From positions 80,428 through 144,427 of the forward strand of contig BPII01000006.1 of NCBI GenBank assembly GCA_026004035.1: a stretch of DNA of 64,000 nucleotides, written 5' to 3'. The notes under the pieces were generated by a model that was given only the letters and a program-made list of their open reading frames with translations, was not told the DNA's origin and searched no databases. The DNA is from Candidatus Sericytochromatia bacterium (lineage in GTDB: Bacteria; Cyanobacteriota; Sericytochromatia; UBA7694; JACMQJ01). The position numbers were made by a program, and so were the translations under genes. Below, one piece after another: positions 1 to 11,130 of this stretch. The number at the start of each line of letters is the position of its first letter. Within the stretch, counting starts at the first letter, position 1.

Positions 1-1
1 T

Positions 2-151
2 TTATATGCAAATAGCTATAATGAAGTTTTTAATATTATAGATAATAATATAAAAATAGAAAATTCAAGAAATTTTTTTAAAGATTCGTTTTCAAAAGAA
101 GAAATAGAAAATAAATTATTTTCATTTATTAGTTCATGTTATGGTACATAA
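2..151 (+). CDS. 3' end of a gene truncated by the window edge, possibly a glycosyltransferase C-terminus
   Basis: Open frame LYANSYNEVF...IENSRNFFKDSFSKEEIENKLFSFISSCYGT* ending at TAA 149-151. The tail resembles the final helix of GT-B glycosyltransferases. Confidence 0.4.
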   Translation, partial: LYANSYNEVFNIIDNNIKIENSRNFFKDSFSKEEIENKLFSFISSCYGT

Positions 152-275
152 TTTTTATGCAATTAATTTAATAGTTTTTTAAATAGTTTTGTTTATAAAA
201 ATCAATAATATTATTTTGTTTAATAGCTAAATTTTAATGATATACTTAATTTTAAATGTTAGGAGATAACAAAAT

Positions 276-1415
276 ATGACAGAAAATATTACATTAGAAA
301 TGATAAAAGCATTACCTAAAACAGATTTACATGTTCATTTAGACGGTTCAATTCGTTTAAGTACCATATTAGATTTAGCTGATAGATATAGAATAAAATT
401 ACCAGCAAATGATATAGACGGCTTGAAAAAAGCTATAGTAGTAGATGAAAATTGTTCTAGTTTAGTTGATTATCTAAAAGCTTTCGATATAACTTTACAA
501 GTTTTACAAACAGATCAAGCACTAGAGAGAGCTGCTTTTGAATTATGTGAAGATGCAGCTCAAGAAAATGTTAGATATATTGAAGTAAGATTTGCACCAA
601 TACTTCATACAAATAATTTAATGTCTTTAGAAGAGATTATAACAAGTGTAGTTGAAGGATTAAAAAGAGCTGAAAAACATTACAATATAAAGACAGGATT
701 AATAATATGTGGAATGAGACATTTTAACTCTAATGTTTCCTTAATGTCAAGAGGATTAAAAGAAACATTATCGACTTTTAATGATAAAGAATTAGCTGAA
801 CTTTTAGCTCTTGAAAGTGCAAAGGTAGCAGTAAAAATGTCAAAAAAAGAACCAAAAATTGTTGGTTTTGATTTAGCAGGTGCTGAAAATGGTTATCCAG
901 CAAAAGATTTCTACAGAGCATTTCAAGAAATAATATCTGGTCATTTATCTATAACGGTTCATGCAGGTGAAGCTTATGGACCAAATAGTATAGAACAAGC
1001 TGTAAAATATTGTCATGCTCATAGAATAGGACATGGTACAAGATTAATAGAAGCAAAACATGATGAAAGTATGCCATCTCTTTATAACTATTTTAAAGAT
1101 AAAAGAATACCATTAGAAGTTTGCTTAACTTCTAATGTTCAAACAAAAACAGTTCCATCTATTAAAGAACATCCTGTTAAAAAATTGTTTGAAGATAAGT
1201 TAAGGCTTACAATATGTACAGATAACAGATTAGTATCAAATGTTACCGTATCTGATGAATATTATAAACTTGTTACAGAGCTTGATTTTAAAAAAGAAGA
1301 CATAGAAAGATTACTAATTTATGGATTTGAAAGTATATTTTTAAATTATGAAGATAGAAAAAGTCTGTTAAATGAAGTTTTGCCTGAAATAAAAAATATA
1401 TTGTATAATAGTTAA
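276..1415 (+). CDS. add: Adenosine deaminase
   Basis: LPKTDLHVHLDGS, GFDLAGAE, TVHAGE, RIGHG, LEVCLTSN and TDN motifs. AGGAGA RBS upstream. Confidence 0.93.
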   Translation: MTENITLEMIKALPKTDLHVHLDGSIRLSTILDLADRYRIKLPANDIDGLKKAIVVDENCSSLVDYLKAFDITLQVLQTDQALERAAFELCEDAAQENVRYIEVRFAPILHTNNLMSLEEIITSVVEGLKRAEKHYNIKTGLIICGMRHFNSNVSLMSRGLKETLSTFNDKELAELLALESAKVAVKMSKKEPKIVGFDLAGAENGYPAKDFYRAFQEIISGHLSITVHAGEAYGPNSIEQAVKYCHAHRIGHGTRLIEAKHDESMPSLYNYFKDKRIPLEVCLTSNVQTKTVPSIKEHPVKKLFEDKLRLTICTDNRLVSNVTVSDEYYKLVTELDFKKEDIERLLIYGFESIFLNYEDRKSLLNEVLPEIKNILYNS

Positions 1416-1424
1416 AGGTTAAAA

Positions 1425-2921
1425 ATGTCATTTAAAAGTTTTGCTGAATTTTATCATAACGAAACAAAATATACACCTGAAGGATTGAAAAAAAATGCTA
1501 GGGCATTAGATTGGTCTAAACAACCAATACCTTTTAAAAATTATATAAATGCTGAGAAAATTACTCTTGGAGAATTATTAAAAAAACAAGATAATGATTT
1601 ATCGGATGATGAAAAATCTTTAAAAAAATTATCTAAATTACTTTATTATACCAATGGTATAACAGCTATGATACCATATACTCCACCTCTTTATTTAAGA
1701 GCAGCACCATCAGCAGGTGGATTATATCCTACTGAAATATACGTTATAACAAATAATTATAAAGGTTTAGTTAATGGTATATATAATTTTAATCCTAAGA
1801 CTCACTCACTAAATCTTTTTGCAAAAGGAAATTTTTTTGATAAATTAAAAAAAGCTTGTTTTAGTCATCCATCACTTGAAAAATCAAATATAGTATTGAT
1901 ATATACAGGTGTAATTTTTAGGAGTGAATGGCGTTATCAAGAAAGAGCTTATAGAAGAATACTTTTAGATACTGGTCATGTTATGGGAAATACAATAATT
2001 TATTCACCTTTTATTGGCTACTATAGTAACTTAATAGAACCATTTAATGATGATTATGTTAATGATTTATTATTTCTAAATAAAAATGAAGAAGTTACTT
2101 TAAGTATAATAGCTCTTACTGAAGAAAAATTAAATAACAAAAATAATTTTTTATATCCTTCTCAAATAAAAAAAGATTTTTCAAGTAAACTAGATAACCT
2201 TATAATAGAATTTCATAACTCTACAAAAATAGATGACTTACAAAAAACAAATATTCTTGAAAGTAAAATTGAGAAAGATAATAATAAAACAAAATTTTCT
2301 TTTGCTTTTGGAGAAAAAATAGAGCCAAAAATAATAGAATGGAATAACTCATTAGAAAATGTAATTTCAAAAAGACGATCAACAAGAGCTTATAATGCAT
2401 CATCTATAGATAAAGATGATTTAAGTAAAATTCTTACATTTACATATAAACCAGAATTATACAAAGAACAAGGTTTTGATTATTTACCTGATAACTATGA
2501 TTTATCAATAATAGATACTTATATAGCTATTTTAAATGTTAAAGATATTGAAGATGGTTGTTATTACTATTTGTATGAAAGAGATGAATTAAAACAAATA
2601 AGATTTAAGAATTTTAGAGAAGAAATATATTATCTGTGTTTAGGACAAAATTTAGGTAGAGATGCAAGTGCTGTAATTTTTCATACAACAAATTTACCAC
2701 TATCTATAAATAAATATGGTGAGAGAGCCTATAGATATTTACATTTACAAGCAGGAATTCTAGGACAAAGAATAAATTTAGCTTGTACAAGACTAGATAT
2801 AGGAGTTAGTGGTATAGGAGGATTTTTTGATAATGATGTTAATGAGTTGCTAGGAATACCTGAAGAAGTAGCGGTATTATATATTACAACAATAGGAAAA
2901 CCTGAAACAAGGTTGATATGA
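1425..2921 (+). CDS. SagB/ThcOx-family FMN-dependent dehydrogenase with two nitroreductase domains
   Basis: LRAAPSAGGLYPTEIY, RAYRRILLDTGH, RRSTRAY and GIGGFFD motifs. The N-terminus YHNETKY..LDWSKQPIPFK matches the cyanobacterial type. Confidence 0.88.
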   Translation: MSFKSFAEFYHNETKYTPEGLKKNARALDWSKQPIPFKNYINAEKITLGELLKKQDNDLSDDEKSLKKLSKLLYYTNGITAMIPYTPPLYLRAAPSAGGLYPTEIYVITNNYKGLVNGIYNFNPKTHSLNLFAKGNFFDKLKKACFSHPSLEKSNIVLIYTGVIFRSEWRYQERAYRRILLDTGHVMGNTIIYSPFIGYYSNLIEPFNDDYVNDLLFLNKNEEVTLSIIALTEEKLNNKNNFLYPSQIKKDFSSKLDNLIIEFHNSTKIDDLQKTNILESKIEKDNNKTKFSFAFGEKIEPKIIEWNNSLENVISKRRSTRAYNASSIDKDDLSKILTFTYKPELYKEQGFDYLPDNYDLSIIDTYIAILNVKDIEDGCYYYLYERDELKQIRFKNFREEIYYLCLGQNLGRDASAVIFHTTNLPLSINKYGERAYRYLHLQAGILGQRINLACTRLDIGVSGIGGFFDNDVNELLGIPEEVAVLYITTIGKPETRLI

Positions 2922-3448
2922 AATTACATTTAGGTTGTGGAAAAAGATACATACCTGGATTTGTTCATATAGATATTATAAACTATGATCATATAGACCA
3001 TGTATCTTCTATTGATAATTTATCATTTATAGCTGATAATTCTGTAGATTTAATATATAATTGTCATGTTTTAGAGCATTTTAAAAGACAAGATGTAAGT
3101 AAAGTTTTAAAAGAATGGTATAGAGTTTTGAAAAAAGGCGGTATATTAAGGACAGCAGTTCCTGATTTTGAGAAAATAGTAGAAGTTTATAATAAGTATA
3201 AAGACTTAAAAATGGTAATAGGACCTCTTTTTGGAAGAATGGATTATTTATATAATATTCATTACAATGTATTTGATTTTAAAACTCTTAAAGAAGAACT
3301 AGAAAATGCAGGTTTTTCAAATGTTCATAGATATGATTGGAGAGAAACTATTCATAAAGATTACGACGACTTTTCTCAAGCATATATTCCTCACATGGAT
3401 AAAGAAAATGGTATTTTGATAAGTTTAAATGTAGAGGCTGTTAAATGA
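2918..3448 (+). CDS. Class I SAM-dependent methyltransferase (type 11-like)
   Basis: KLHLGCG, HVLEH, RVLKKGG and SLNVEAVK motifs. ATGA overlap with the previous gene. Confidence 0.85.
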   Translation: MKLHLGCGKRYIPGFVHIDIINYDHIDHVSSIDNLSFIADNSVDLIYNCHVLEHFKRQDVSKVLKEWYRVLKKGGILRTAVPDFEKIVEVYNKYKDLKMVIGPLFGRMDYLYNIHYNVFDFKTLKEELENAGFSNVHRYDWRETIHKDYDDFSQAYIPHMDKENGILISLNVEAVK

Positions 3449-5331
3449 AAGATGATTTAAGTATTTTAATAGTAGATGATGCAAAAGATACTTTATTTAT
3501 TTTAGAAAAAGCTCTATCTAAGGAAGGTTTTAAAGTATATGTTTCTGATAATGTAATAAATGCAATAGATATTATAAAAAAGAATACAATAAATATAATT
3601 ATATCCGATATAAATATGCCTGAAATAAACGGACTTGATTTTTTATTTTGGATACAGGAAAATTCACCAAAAACAAAAGTAATATTAATTACTTCTTTAC
3701 CCTTTGAAGAAATACAATCATTTGTAACAAAAAGTTCTATTGCATATTTTGAAAAACCAATTAAACCAAAGGAATTAATAAAATATATAAATGATAATTT
3801 CGTTAGCAAAAGTTTTTATGGTGATATAAAAAGTATAGGTATTCTTGATTTATTAAAAATTCTTATTGCTTCAGGTAAAAAAAAATTAATACAAATATTT
3901 CATAATAATAAAGAAGGTAAAATGTATATAAAAAATGGAAATATAATACATGCAGAATTTAATAATGTATCTGGTGAAGTAGCTTTTTATAATATTATCA
4001 GAATAAAAAATGGTTCATTTAAAGAATTAGTTTGGGAAGAACCAGAAATTATAACAATAGATAAGCCATTTTCAGAGTTATTGATTCAAGCAAATAAAAT
4101 ACTAACTTCTGAAGATGTAAGTAATAAAATTCTTGTTGTAGATGATGATAGAATGACAGTTTTAATAATAGAAAAATACCTAAAAGAGAAAGGATTTAAT
4201 GTTACAGGAGTTAATTCTGCTGCTGAAGCAATAGAATTATTGAAAAAAGAAAACTTTGGTTTCATTATATCTGATATAAATATGCCTGAAATAAACGGAT
4301 TAGAATTACTTATATGGATTAGAGAATTTTCACCAAATTCTAAAGTTATAATGATAACAGCTTTAAACTCTGAAGATTTAAAAAATTTTGCTACTAGTAA
4401 GGGTGTAGTAGGATATTTTAATAAACCTGTAGCTTTGAAAGAATTGGAAGAGTTTATAAAAGCTAAAAAAGAAGATGGTAAATTTGAAGGTAGTATATTA
4501 GAAATAAATTTAATTCAGTTTATAGAAATGTTAGTAATCTCTAATAATAGTGGAATTATAAAAGTTTTTGATCCAATTAAAAATAAAAAAGGTGAAATAT
4601 ATATAAAAGAAGGTAAAATTGTTCATGCTCAAATAGATAATAAAGAAGGTGAAGAAGCTTATTATGAAATAATAAGATTAAAATCAGGTATATTTAACGA
4701 TGATAAATGGTCTGAACCTGAGTATTATACAATATTTTCTAATGCACACGAACTTTTGAAAATATCTAATGAAATTAATGATAGTAATATTTCTTCAGAG
4801 AATAAATCATTAGTAAAATCTCGATCAAAAGTAGTTCAAAAAGCTTTGGATAAGAAAAAAGATTTAGAAAAATTTTTGTCAGAAAAAAATGAACTAAAAA
4901 AACTTACAATATATGTTTCTGGAGTAGCTTTAGGTATTGTTATTGGCAAAACAACAAAATTTGAAGCTATCCAGCAATTAAAAAAATTTTCAAAGTCAGA
5001 TTTAGATTCTCAAATATCTAATAAAATGATTATAGCTGATGATATAACCGTGAGTGTATTATTTAACGATAATGATATTGTTGAAGAAATGGTGTTTGGT
5101 AAAAACTATAGAGGTTCTACTGAAGAAGGAATACAAATAGGTGATACTTTAGAAAAAGTTATTTTAACTTATGGTAAACCCAAAGTATGTACTATAAGAG
5201 GTGCAGTTTGGGATAATATGGCTTTCTTTAGTAACGATAATAGAACTGTAAGTTCTATAAAAATTAGAAATGCCAATTACTTTGATTCATCACCTAACAT
5301 TTTTAAAATAGATACAAAAATTAAAGGTTAG
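3445..5331 (+). CDS. Response regulator with architecture REC-DUF4388(PATAN)-REC-DUF4388 plus an unknown C-terminal domain
   Basis: Two receiver domains (ILIVDD..SDINMPEINGL..KP), each followed by G.(M/I)YIK.G.I(I/V)HA....GE.A(F/Y)Y.II. Confidence 0.85.
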   Translation: MKDDLSILIVDDAKDTLFILEKALSKEGFKVYVSDNVINAIDIIKKNTINIIISDINMPEINGLDFLFWIQENSPKTKVILITSLPFEEIQSFVTKSSIAYFEKPIKPKELIKYINDNFVSKSFYGDIKSIGILDLLKILIASGKKKLIQIFHNNKEGKMYIKNGNIIHAEFNNVSGEVAFYNIIRIKNGSFKELVWEEPEIITIDKPFSELLIQANKILTSEDVSNKILVVDDDRMTVLIIEKYLKEKGFNVTGVNSAAEAIELLKKENFGFIISDINMPEINGLELLIWIREFSPNSKVIMITALNSEDLKNFATSKGVVGYFNKPVALKELEEFIKAKKEDGKFEGSILEINLIQFIEMLVISNNSGIIKVFDPIKNKKGEIYIKEGKIVHAQIDNKEGEEAYYEIIRLKSGIFNDDKWSEPEYYTIFSNAHELLKISNEINDSNISSENKSLVKSRSKVVQKALDKKKDLEKFLSEKNELKKLTIYVSGVALGIVIGKTTKFEAIQQLKKFSKSDLDSQISNKMIIADDITVSVLFNDNDIVEEMVFGKNYRGSTEEGIQIGDTLEKVILTYGKPKVCTIRGAVWDNMAFFSNDNRTVSSIKIRNANYFDSSPNIFKIDTKIKG

Positions 5332-5353
5332 TATTTTCTTAATAAGAAATCTA

Positions 5354-5785
5354 TTATTTTAGTCCTGTAGAACCAAAACCATTTTCATTTCTTTTTGTTT
5401 CTGATAATTCTTCAACTTCAATTACTGAAACATTTAATATCTTTTGTACTACCATTTGAGCTATTTTCATACCTTTTTTAACTTTAAAAGCATTTTTACC
5501 ATGATTTATTAAAATTATACAAATCTCACCTCTATAGCCATAATCTATTGTTCCAGGTGAATTAAGAACTGTTATACAATGTTTTAAAGCTAGACCACTT
5601 CTTGGTCTTATTTGAGCCTCTGTATTTTTTGGTAATTCTATTTTTATACCTGTTCTTATAAAAGCTGATTCATTTGGCATTATAATTTTTTCTTCTATTG
5701 AAAATAAATCTAATCCTGCATCACCTTCATGAGCATAAGAAGGTAATATTGCATCTTTTACTATTTTTTTAACTTTCAATTTCAC
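5354..5785 (-). CDS. dut: dUTP diphosphatase
   Basis: [22 protein letters not shown] and [10 protein letters not shown] motifs. Confidence 0.97.
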   Translation of the reverse strand: MKLKVKKIVKDAILPSYAHEGDAGLDLFSIEEKIIMPNESAFIRTGIKIELPKNTEAQIRPRSGLALKHCITVLNSPGTIDYGYRGEICIILINHGKNAFKVKKGMKIAQMVVQKILNVSVIEVEELSETKRNENGFGSTGLK

Positions 5786-5885
5786 TATAAATATTTATCC
5801 TTTCTTTATTTAAAAAATCTTCCAAAAATAATTATTTTTCTTCTTTATACAAAGTTTAAAATTAACAATAGTGAATTATTAATTT

Positions 5886-6032
5886 TGTAAATATATTTAA
5901 TCATAAATAGTACTATAATTCAATAGTTCTATATACCTTTTTTGATTTATTACAAAGTTAAATTCAATGTTAAACTTATACTAATTTATTAAATTGAGAG
6001 TATATTAAAAATTAATGTTTTTTATAGTTACA
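5886..6032. repeat. Dispersed degenerate repeat family II, copy A
   Basis: 5886-5968 aligns by eye to 11688-11770. 5971-6032 aligns to the reverse complement of about 27038-27099. Confidence 0.65.
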
Positions 6033-6221
6033 TATAATTTTCATAGGAATATCTTTTTTATTATTTTTATCAATTCAATTTTAACTATGCCATTTTATTT
6101 TGTTAAGTTATATTTTTTTGTTCAAGAGATTATAAATATAAACAGAAATAAATAAAAATATAAAAATTAATAATAGTCAAAAAAAATAGTATAATTATTT
6201 ATTAATTTTTTAGGAGACAAA

Positions 6222-6855
6222 ATGAGTATAAAAATAGATTTAAGAACTTTTGTTTATATTGATATATTACAACCTCAATTAGCTTGTTTTTTAGCAACAG
6301 TAGCACAAGGTTATTTACCAATAGAAGGTCAAGCTTGTTTATACGTTGAAATTGCACCAGGTATAGCAATTAATAGTCTTACTGACATAGCTTTAAAGAG
6401 AACTAGAGTTTTTCCTGGTATGCAAATAGTCGAAAGAGATTTTGGAGTTTTGGAACTACATTCATTTGACCAAGGTGCTAATAAGAGCTGCTGGTGATGC
6501 TATATTAGAAGAGACTGGATTAACCATAAATGATAGGTTAGAACCCAAAGTAGCTTCACATCAGAGTTATAAATGGAATAAATGAATATCATAGCATGTT
6601 AATAAACAGGATGAGACATGGAGACATGATTTTAAAAATGCAAACATTATTAGTTCTAGAGACTCACCCCGCGGGGTATGCTTTATTTGCTGCAAATGAA
6701 GCTGAAAAAGCTGCTAATATACATCTACTTAGAAGTTAGAGCTATGGGAGCATTTGGTAGATTATATTTAGGTGGTAGTGAAGAAGAAATAAATCAAGCT
6801 TCTAATGCTATAAAACAATTCTCTTGAAGCTTTAAAAGGAAGACCTAACAAATAG
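6222..6855 (+). CDS. Bacterial microcompartment shell trimer (tandem-domain, circularly permuted CcmP/CsoS1D-type BMC-T), frameshifted in this assembly
   Basis: [25 protein letters not shown] and [12 protein letters not shown] in the listed ORF. Continues in shifted frames as [28 protein letters not shown] and [15 protein letters not shown] to TAG 6853-6855. Confidence 0.9.
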
Positions 6856-7028
6856 CATTTAAAAAAGCATTTTGTTATTAATTTTAAACTCTATAACATA
6901 TGAACTTATAAAATAAATATTACATTAATTTTTTTTATTCATTATTGACAAAGATTTATTTTAAAATTATATTACTAAAATTAAATATTTAGATTTTCTA
7001 AATATTAGAAATTATAAAATTTTAAATT

Positions 7029-8630
7029 ATGAGAAAAATAAGTTTTTTATTAACAATAAGTATTGCTTTTTTGAGTTCTTGTGACTCTTATATACCACTT
7101 AATACTACTAGAGGTGATAATAATAAAATTATAGAAATATCAGGTAATTTAATAAATTCAGTAGGTAGTTCAATTGTTAGAATACCTTTTACTAATAATA
7201 TACCCCAAGATATTTTAAATTCAGAACAAATAGAAATTGCATTTGATAATAGCAAATCTCTTTATCCTGTTATTAAAAACGCTGATAATTCTTTATCTTT
7301 TACAGTTCCATCTTCAATAAAAATATCAAGTGCAGGTAAAATTAAAGCATTTTTTGTAATAAAAAATCAAAAAAGTTATTTTGTAAATATAAATACTGGA
7401 CCAATTTTTAAATTAAATAACCCTGGTATTATAGTAAAGCCTGCTAATGGTATTATAGTAAAAGGTGAAAAGGTATATTTAACTGCTAATTTACCAAATG
7501 ATAAAAATAAAGATGATTATATTTTTAATTGGTTTTATACTACAACAGGAACAGCTCCTTATTTACCTATAAATGGAACATCTATTAATGCTGACTGGAT
7601 ACCAAATAGTGTAGGAAATTATTTTATAAAACTAGATATTATTGATAAAAAAACAGGAATAACTTCAAGTTATACTACTCCTAGCTCAATAGTATTTGTT
7701 ACTGAAAATGATAATATAATTAAAACAAATCCTGATAATGGTAAAATTGTAAAAGGTAACTCTATTATCCTAGAAGCTAATTCACCAAATATTCAAGAAA
7801 ATACTACGTATTCTTGGTCATATTCTACATCATCTCAAAGTGGTGTATGGCGTCCTATTTCTGGAAATTCTAAAATTGTAAAATGGACACCTACAGAATC
7901 AGGTTCATTTTTTATAAAAGTAGATGTTGCTAATCCTAATTCAGAAGTGCAAAGTTTTATTTCACCAAAAGCAATAGTATTTGTTTCAGAAAACAATGAT
8001 ATATTTCAAACAGAACCATTAAATGGCTCTATAAATTTAGGTCAATATGTAAATATAAAAGCTAATATATCATTTTTAGAAGGAAATAATCAGTATATTT
8101 GGTCATATAGTAATTCGGGATTACCGGGAACATTTAGAAATATGACTAATATAAAAACAGATATAAGTAGTCCATCTATAAGATGGAGAGTCCCTGAAGA
8201 AGGAAGCTTTTTTGTCAAATTAGATGTGATTAACTCTCAAAATTCTTCTGTTTTAAGTTTTCAATCAAGTAATCCAATAGTTTTTGTAACTGAAAAATTA
8301 CCTCTTTTTGAAACTAATCCTAAGGATGGAAAAATACTGCCTGATTCTACGATAGAAATTTCTACAAATGTAGAAAATATAATGAATGGAAGTTATGTTT
8401 GGTCATATGGAGTAAGTCAATCAGGTCCATGGACTGCAATAGGAGGTTCTATTTCAAAAACTATAAAATGGGAAAAACAAGGAAAACCAACAGGAACTTT
8501 TTATGTAAAATTAGATATAACTGATGATTCAACAGATAAAAGAGTAACTACTTTTATTTCAAAAAATCCAATTATATTTATAGAAAAACAATCTTCAACA
8601 AATAATAGTAATACATTTGGTATGAATTAG
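7029..8630 (+). CDS. Lipoprotein with four tandem Ig/PKD-like repeats of about 95-100 aa
   Basis: Lipobox FLSSC. Repeated P..G.I...Y.WSYS....G.W..I.G....W.P...GSFF(I/V)K(L/V)D...IVFV.E unit. Confidence 0.7.
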   Translation: MRKISFLLTISIAFLSSCDSYIPLNTTRGDNNKIIEISGNLINSVGSSIVRIPFTNNIPQDILNSEQIEIAFDNSKSLYPVIKNADNSLSFTVPSSIKISSAGKIKAFFVIKNQKSYFVNINTGPIFKLNNPGIIVKPANGIIVKGEKVYLTANLPNDKNKDDYIFNWFYTTTGTAPYLPINGTSINADWIPNSVGNYFIKLDIIDKKTGITSSYTTPSSIVFVTENDNIIKTNPDNGKIVKGNSIILEANSPNIQENTTYSWSYSTSSQSGVWRPISGNSKIVKWTPTESGSFFIKVDVANPNSEVQSFISPKAIVFVSENNDIFQTEPLNGSINLGQYVNIKANISFLEGNNQYIWSYSNSGLPGTFRNMTNIKTDISSPSIRWRVPEEGSFFVKLDVINSQNSSVLSFQSSNPIVFVTEKLPLFETNPKDGKILPDSTIEISTNVENIMNGSYVWSYGVSQSGPWTAIGGSISKTIKWEKQGKPTGTFYVKLDITDDSTDKRVTTFISKNPIIFIEKQSSTNNSNTFGMN

Positions 8631-8632
8631 AT

Positions 8633-9766
8633 ATGAAAAATAAAGTATTAACATTTTTAGGAATATTTTTATTAACTTTAAATAATATTGAAGTTAAAAA
8701 AGCAAATGCACAAATACAAAATAACAATATAAATGTAAAAGGTAAAATAATAGACAAAGAAACTAAAAAACCTATTAAAAATGTTTATATAAAACAAGTT
8801 GATACATTAAATACAAAACTGACTGATGATGAAGGTAATTTTAATATTGAATTACAAAAAAATGCAAAAATGGAGCTTATTATCTTCAAAGAAGGATACG
8901 AAAAAATTCAATTTAAAGTAGAAAATAAAAATTATTTTGAGATAGAATTAGTACCAGCAATAAAAATTAATGTTGATTTACCACAACCACATACAAAAAT
9001 AGATGATATTTTTAATTATTCATCTAAACCTATTTCAAGTATGTTTTCTGCTATGTATCAAGTTAGAAATATATTAAACTCATATCCTTCTTTAAATGAT
9101 AATAATAATGTTTTAAACACTAATGGATGGGCAATAAATGAGTTGTCAATAGATGGTAAAATTAGACTTGATAATTGGTTAGGAGCTATAAGAATCTTCA
9201 GATCCAGGTCACCAATAGATATAAATAATTTTGATTACAAACCAGTTTATTACTTAGATACATTGCAGTTTCAAACTTCTGCAAATAAAGTTTTTAATAT
9301 ATCAGATAAATTAGAAATTTTAGGAGGATTGACATACTTAATACATTTTTCAACACCAGATAATAAAGGAGGAGGAGATAATAAACCAATACCTTATACA
9401 AATAGTTATATGGATTTTCCACATAATAGACAAGGCTTAGGTCTAGCTTCAGGTATAGGTTATAAATTTACAGAAAAAATATTATTTTTAGGAAATGTAA
9501 ATTTATATCCTTATCTTTTTATGTTTTTTGATTCTTTAAAAACTTCTACAATAAATTATTTAGGAATGCTAGACACAAATTTATCTTTAAAGTTTGAAAC
9601 ATTAGACGGAGTCTATGTTTCTATTGGTTATAACTATCAATTATTTTTTGGAAATAATAATTTTAAAGATACTTCAAATATGTTTAATGTTGGTGTTTCT
9701 TTAGATCCATTTAAAATGGCTAATGTTCAACCTTTAGGAACTGAATCTTTATCAAATAAAAAGTGA
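8633..9766 (+). CDS. Carboxypeptidase-regulatory-like domain plus probable outer-membrane beta-barrel
   Basis: Signal peptide, then VKGKIIDKETKKPI...TDDEGNFNI...KEGYE, then alternating amphipathic strands (GIGYKF, SIGYNYQ, FNVGVS). Confidence 0.6.
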   Translation: MKNKVLTFLGIFLLTLNNIEVKKANAQIQNNNINVKGKIIDKETKKPIKNVYIKQVDTLNTKLTDDEGNFNIELQKNAKMELIIFKEGYEKIQFKVENKNYFEIELVPAIKINVDLPQPHTKIDDIFNYSSKPISSMFSAMYQVRNILNSYPSLNDNNNVLNTNGWAINELSIDGKIRLDNWLGAIRIFRSRSPIDINNFDYKPVYYLDTLQFQTSANKVFNISDKLEILGGLTYLIHFSTPDNKGGGDNKPIPYTNSYMDFPHNRQGLGLASGIGYKFTEKILFLGNVNLYPYLFMFFDSLKTSTINYLGMLDTNLSLKFETLDGVYVSIGYNYQLFFGNNNFKDTSNMFNVGVSLDPFKMANVQPLGTESLSNKK

Positions 9767-9767
9767 T

Positions 9768-11130
9768 ATGAAAAAAAACATTTATTATAATTTTATCTTT
9801 AGTTTTTTCTTTATCATTATACAACAATAATTGTTTTGCAAAAGATGATAAAAAAGAAGAAACAAAAAAAAATAATTTTCTTACTTTATTTGATGCAATA
9901 GAAATTGCTGTACAAAATAATTATAGTCTTAAATCAGCTTATGAAAAAATAAATCTTGCAAAGTATCAAATTACAGAAAATGCAGCACAAGGATTGCCAC
10001 AAGTAAATATAAATACAAGTTATACAAGACAAGATCCTGTAACAGCACCACCACCAGCTGGAGGTGGCATTGGAAATAATCCTCAATTTGCAGCTTTTTT
10101 GGGAACAGCAAGAGTAAATACTTTTAGAAATCAAGTCTCTTTAAGTCAAGTTTTGTTTGCAGGTTTTAGAATTATAGATGGAATAAGACTTGCAAATATA
10201 AATGTTAATGCTGCTGAAGAAGAATATAGAAAAACAAGACAAGAAGTAGTCTTTAATGTTTCAAATGCTTATTATAATACTCTTAAAGCTTATCAGCTAG
10301 TAGAAGTTTTAAAATTTTCTCTTAAACAAGCTGAAATACATTTAGAACAATCAAAAAAATTTGAAAAAGCAGGAACAGGATTAAAAGTTGATGTTTTAAG
10401 AGCTAATAATCAATTAATAAATGTTCAGATGCAATTAAGCCAAGCTATAAATAATTATGAAAAAGCTAAAAAATCTCTTAATCTTGTAATGGGTAGAGCT
10501 ATCGATACACCTATTGAAATGAATTTAAAACCTGAAATACCAGATATTGATTTAGATGAAAATAAATTTATAAAATTAGCTTTAGATAATAGAAGTGAAT
10601 TAAGACAATTAAAAATAAAAAAAGAAATAGATGAAATACTTGTAACTATACAAAGTAGAACAACATGGCCTACTATATCAGCTAATTTATCATATAACCT
10701 AACAGATCAAGCTGTTGTTAATGGTAATGCTGTTAATATACAAAACCTAAATTATGGTATAAATATGAACTGGCCTATCTTTGATGGCTTGCTTACTCAA
10801 GCTAAAGTTCAAAAAGCACAAAATACAGTAATTCAAGATCAAATTAGCATAGATCAATTACAACAAAGTATAATACTAGAAGTAAAACAAAATATTTTAG
10901 ATTTACAAGAAGCAAAAGAAAGAATGATAATGGCAAGTGAAAGTATAAAATTAGCCGAAGAGTCTTTAAGGTTATCTAAAATAAGATATGATAGCGGTGT
11001 TGGATTAAATATTGAAGTTATAGATGCACAAAATAATTTAAATCAAGCTAAATCAAATTTTATAAATGCTGAATATGATTTTAATATTAATAAAGTAAAA
11101 TTATATAAAGCTGTTGGAATTGATATATAA
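9768..11130 (+). CDS. TolC-family outer membrane channel; true start at 9768 is displaced by one extra A
   Basis: LTLFDAIEIAVQNN, LSQVLFAGF and NWPIFDG motifs. The frame of ORF 9994-11130 is open back to about 9781 and includes a signal peptide. Confidence 0.9.
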
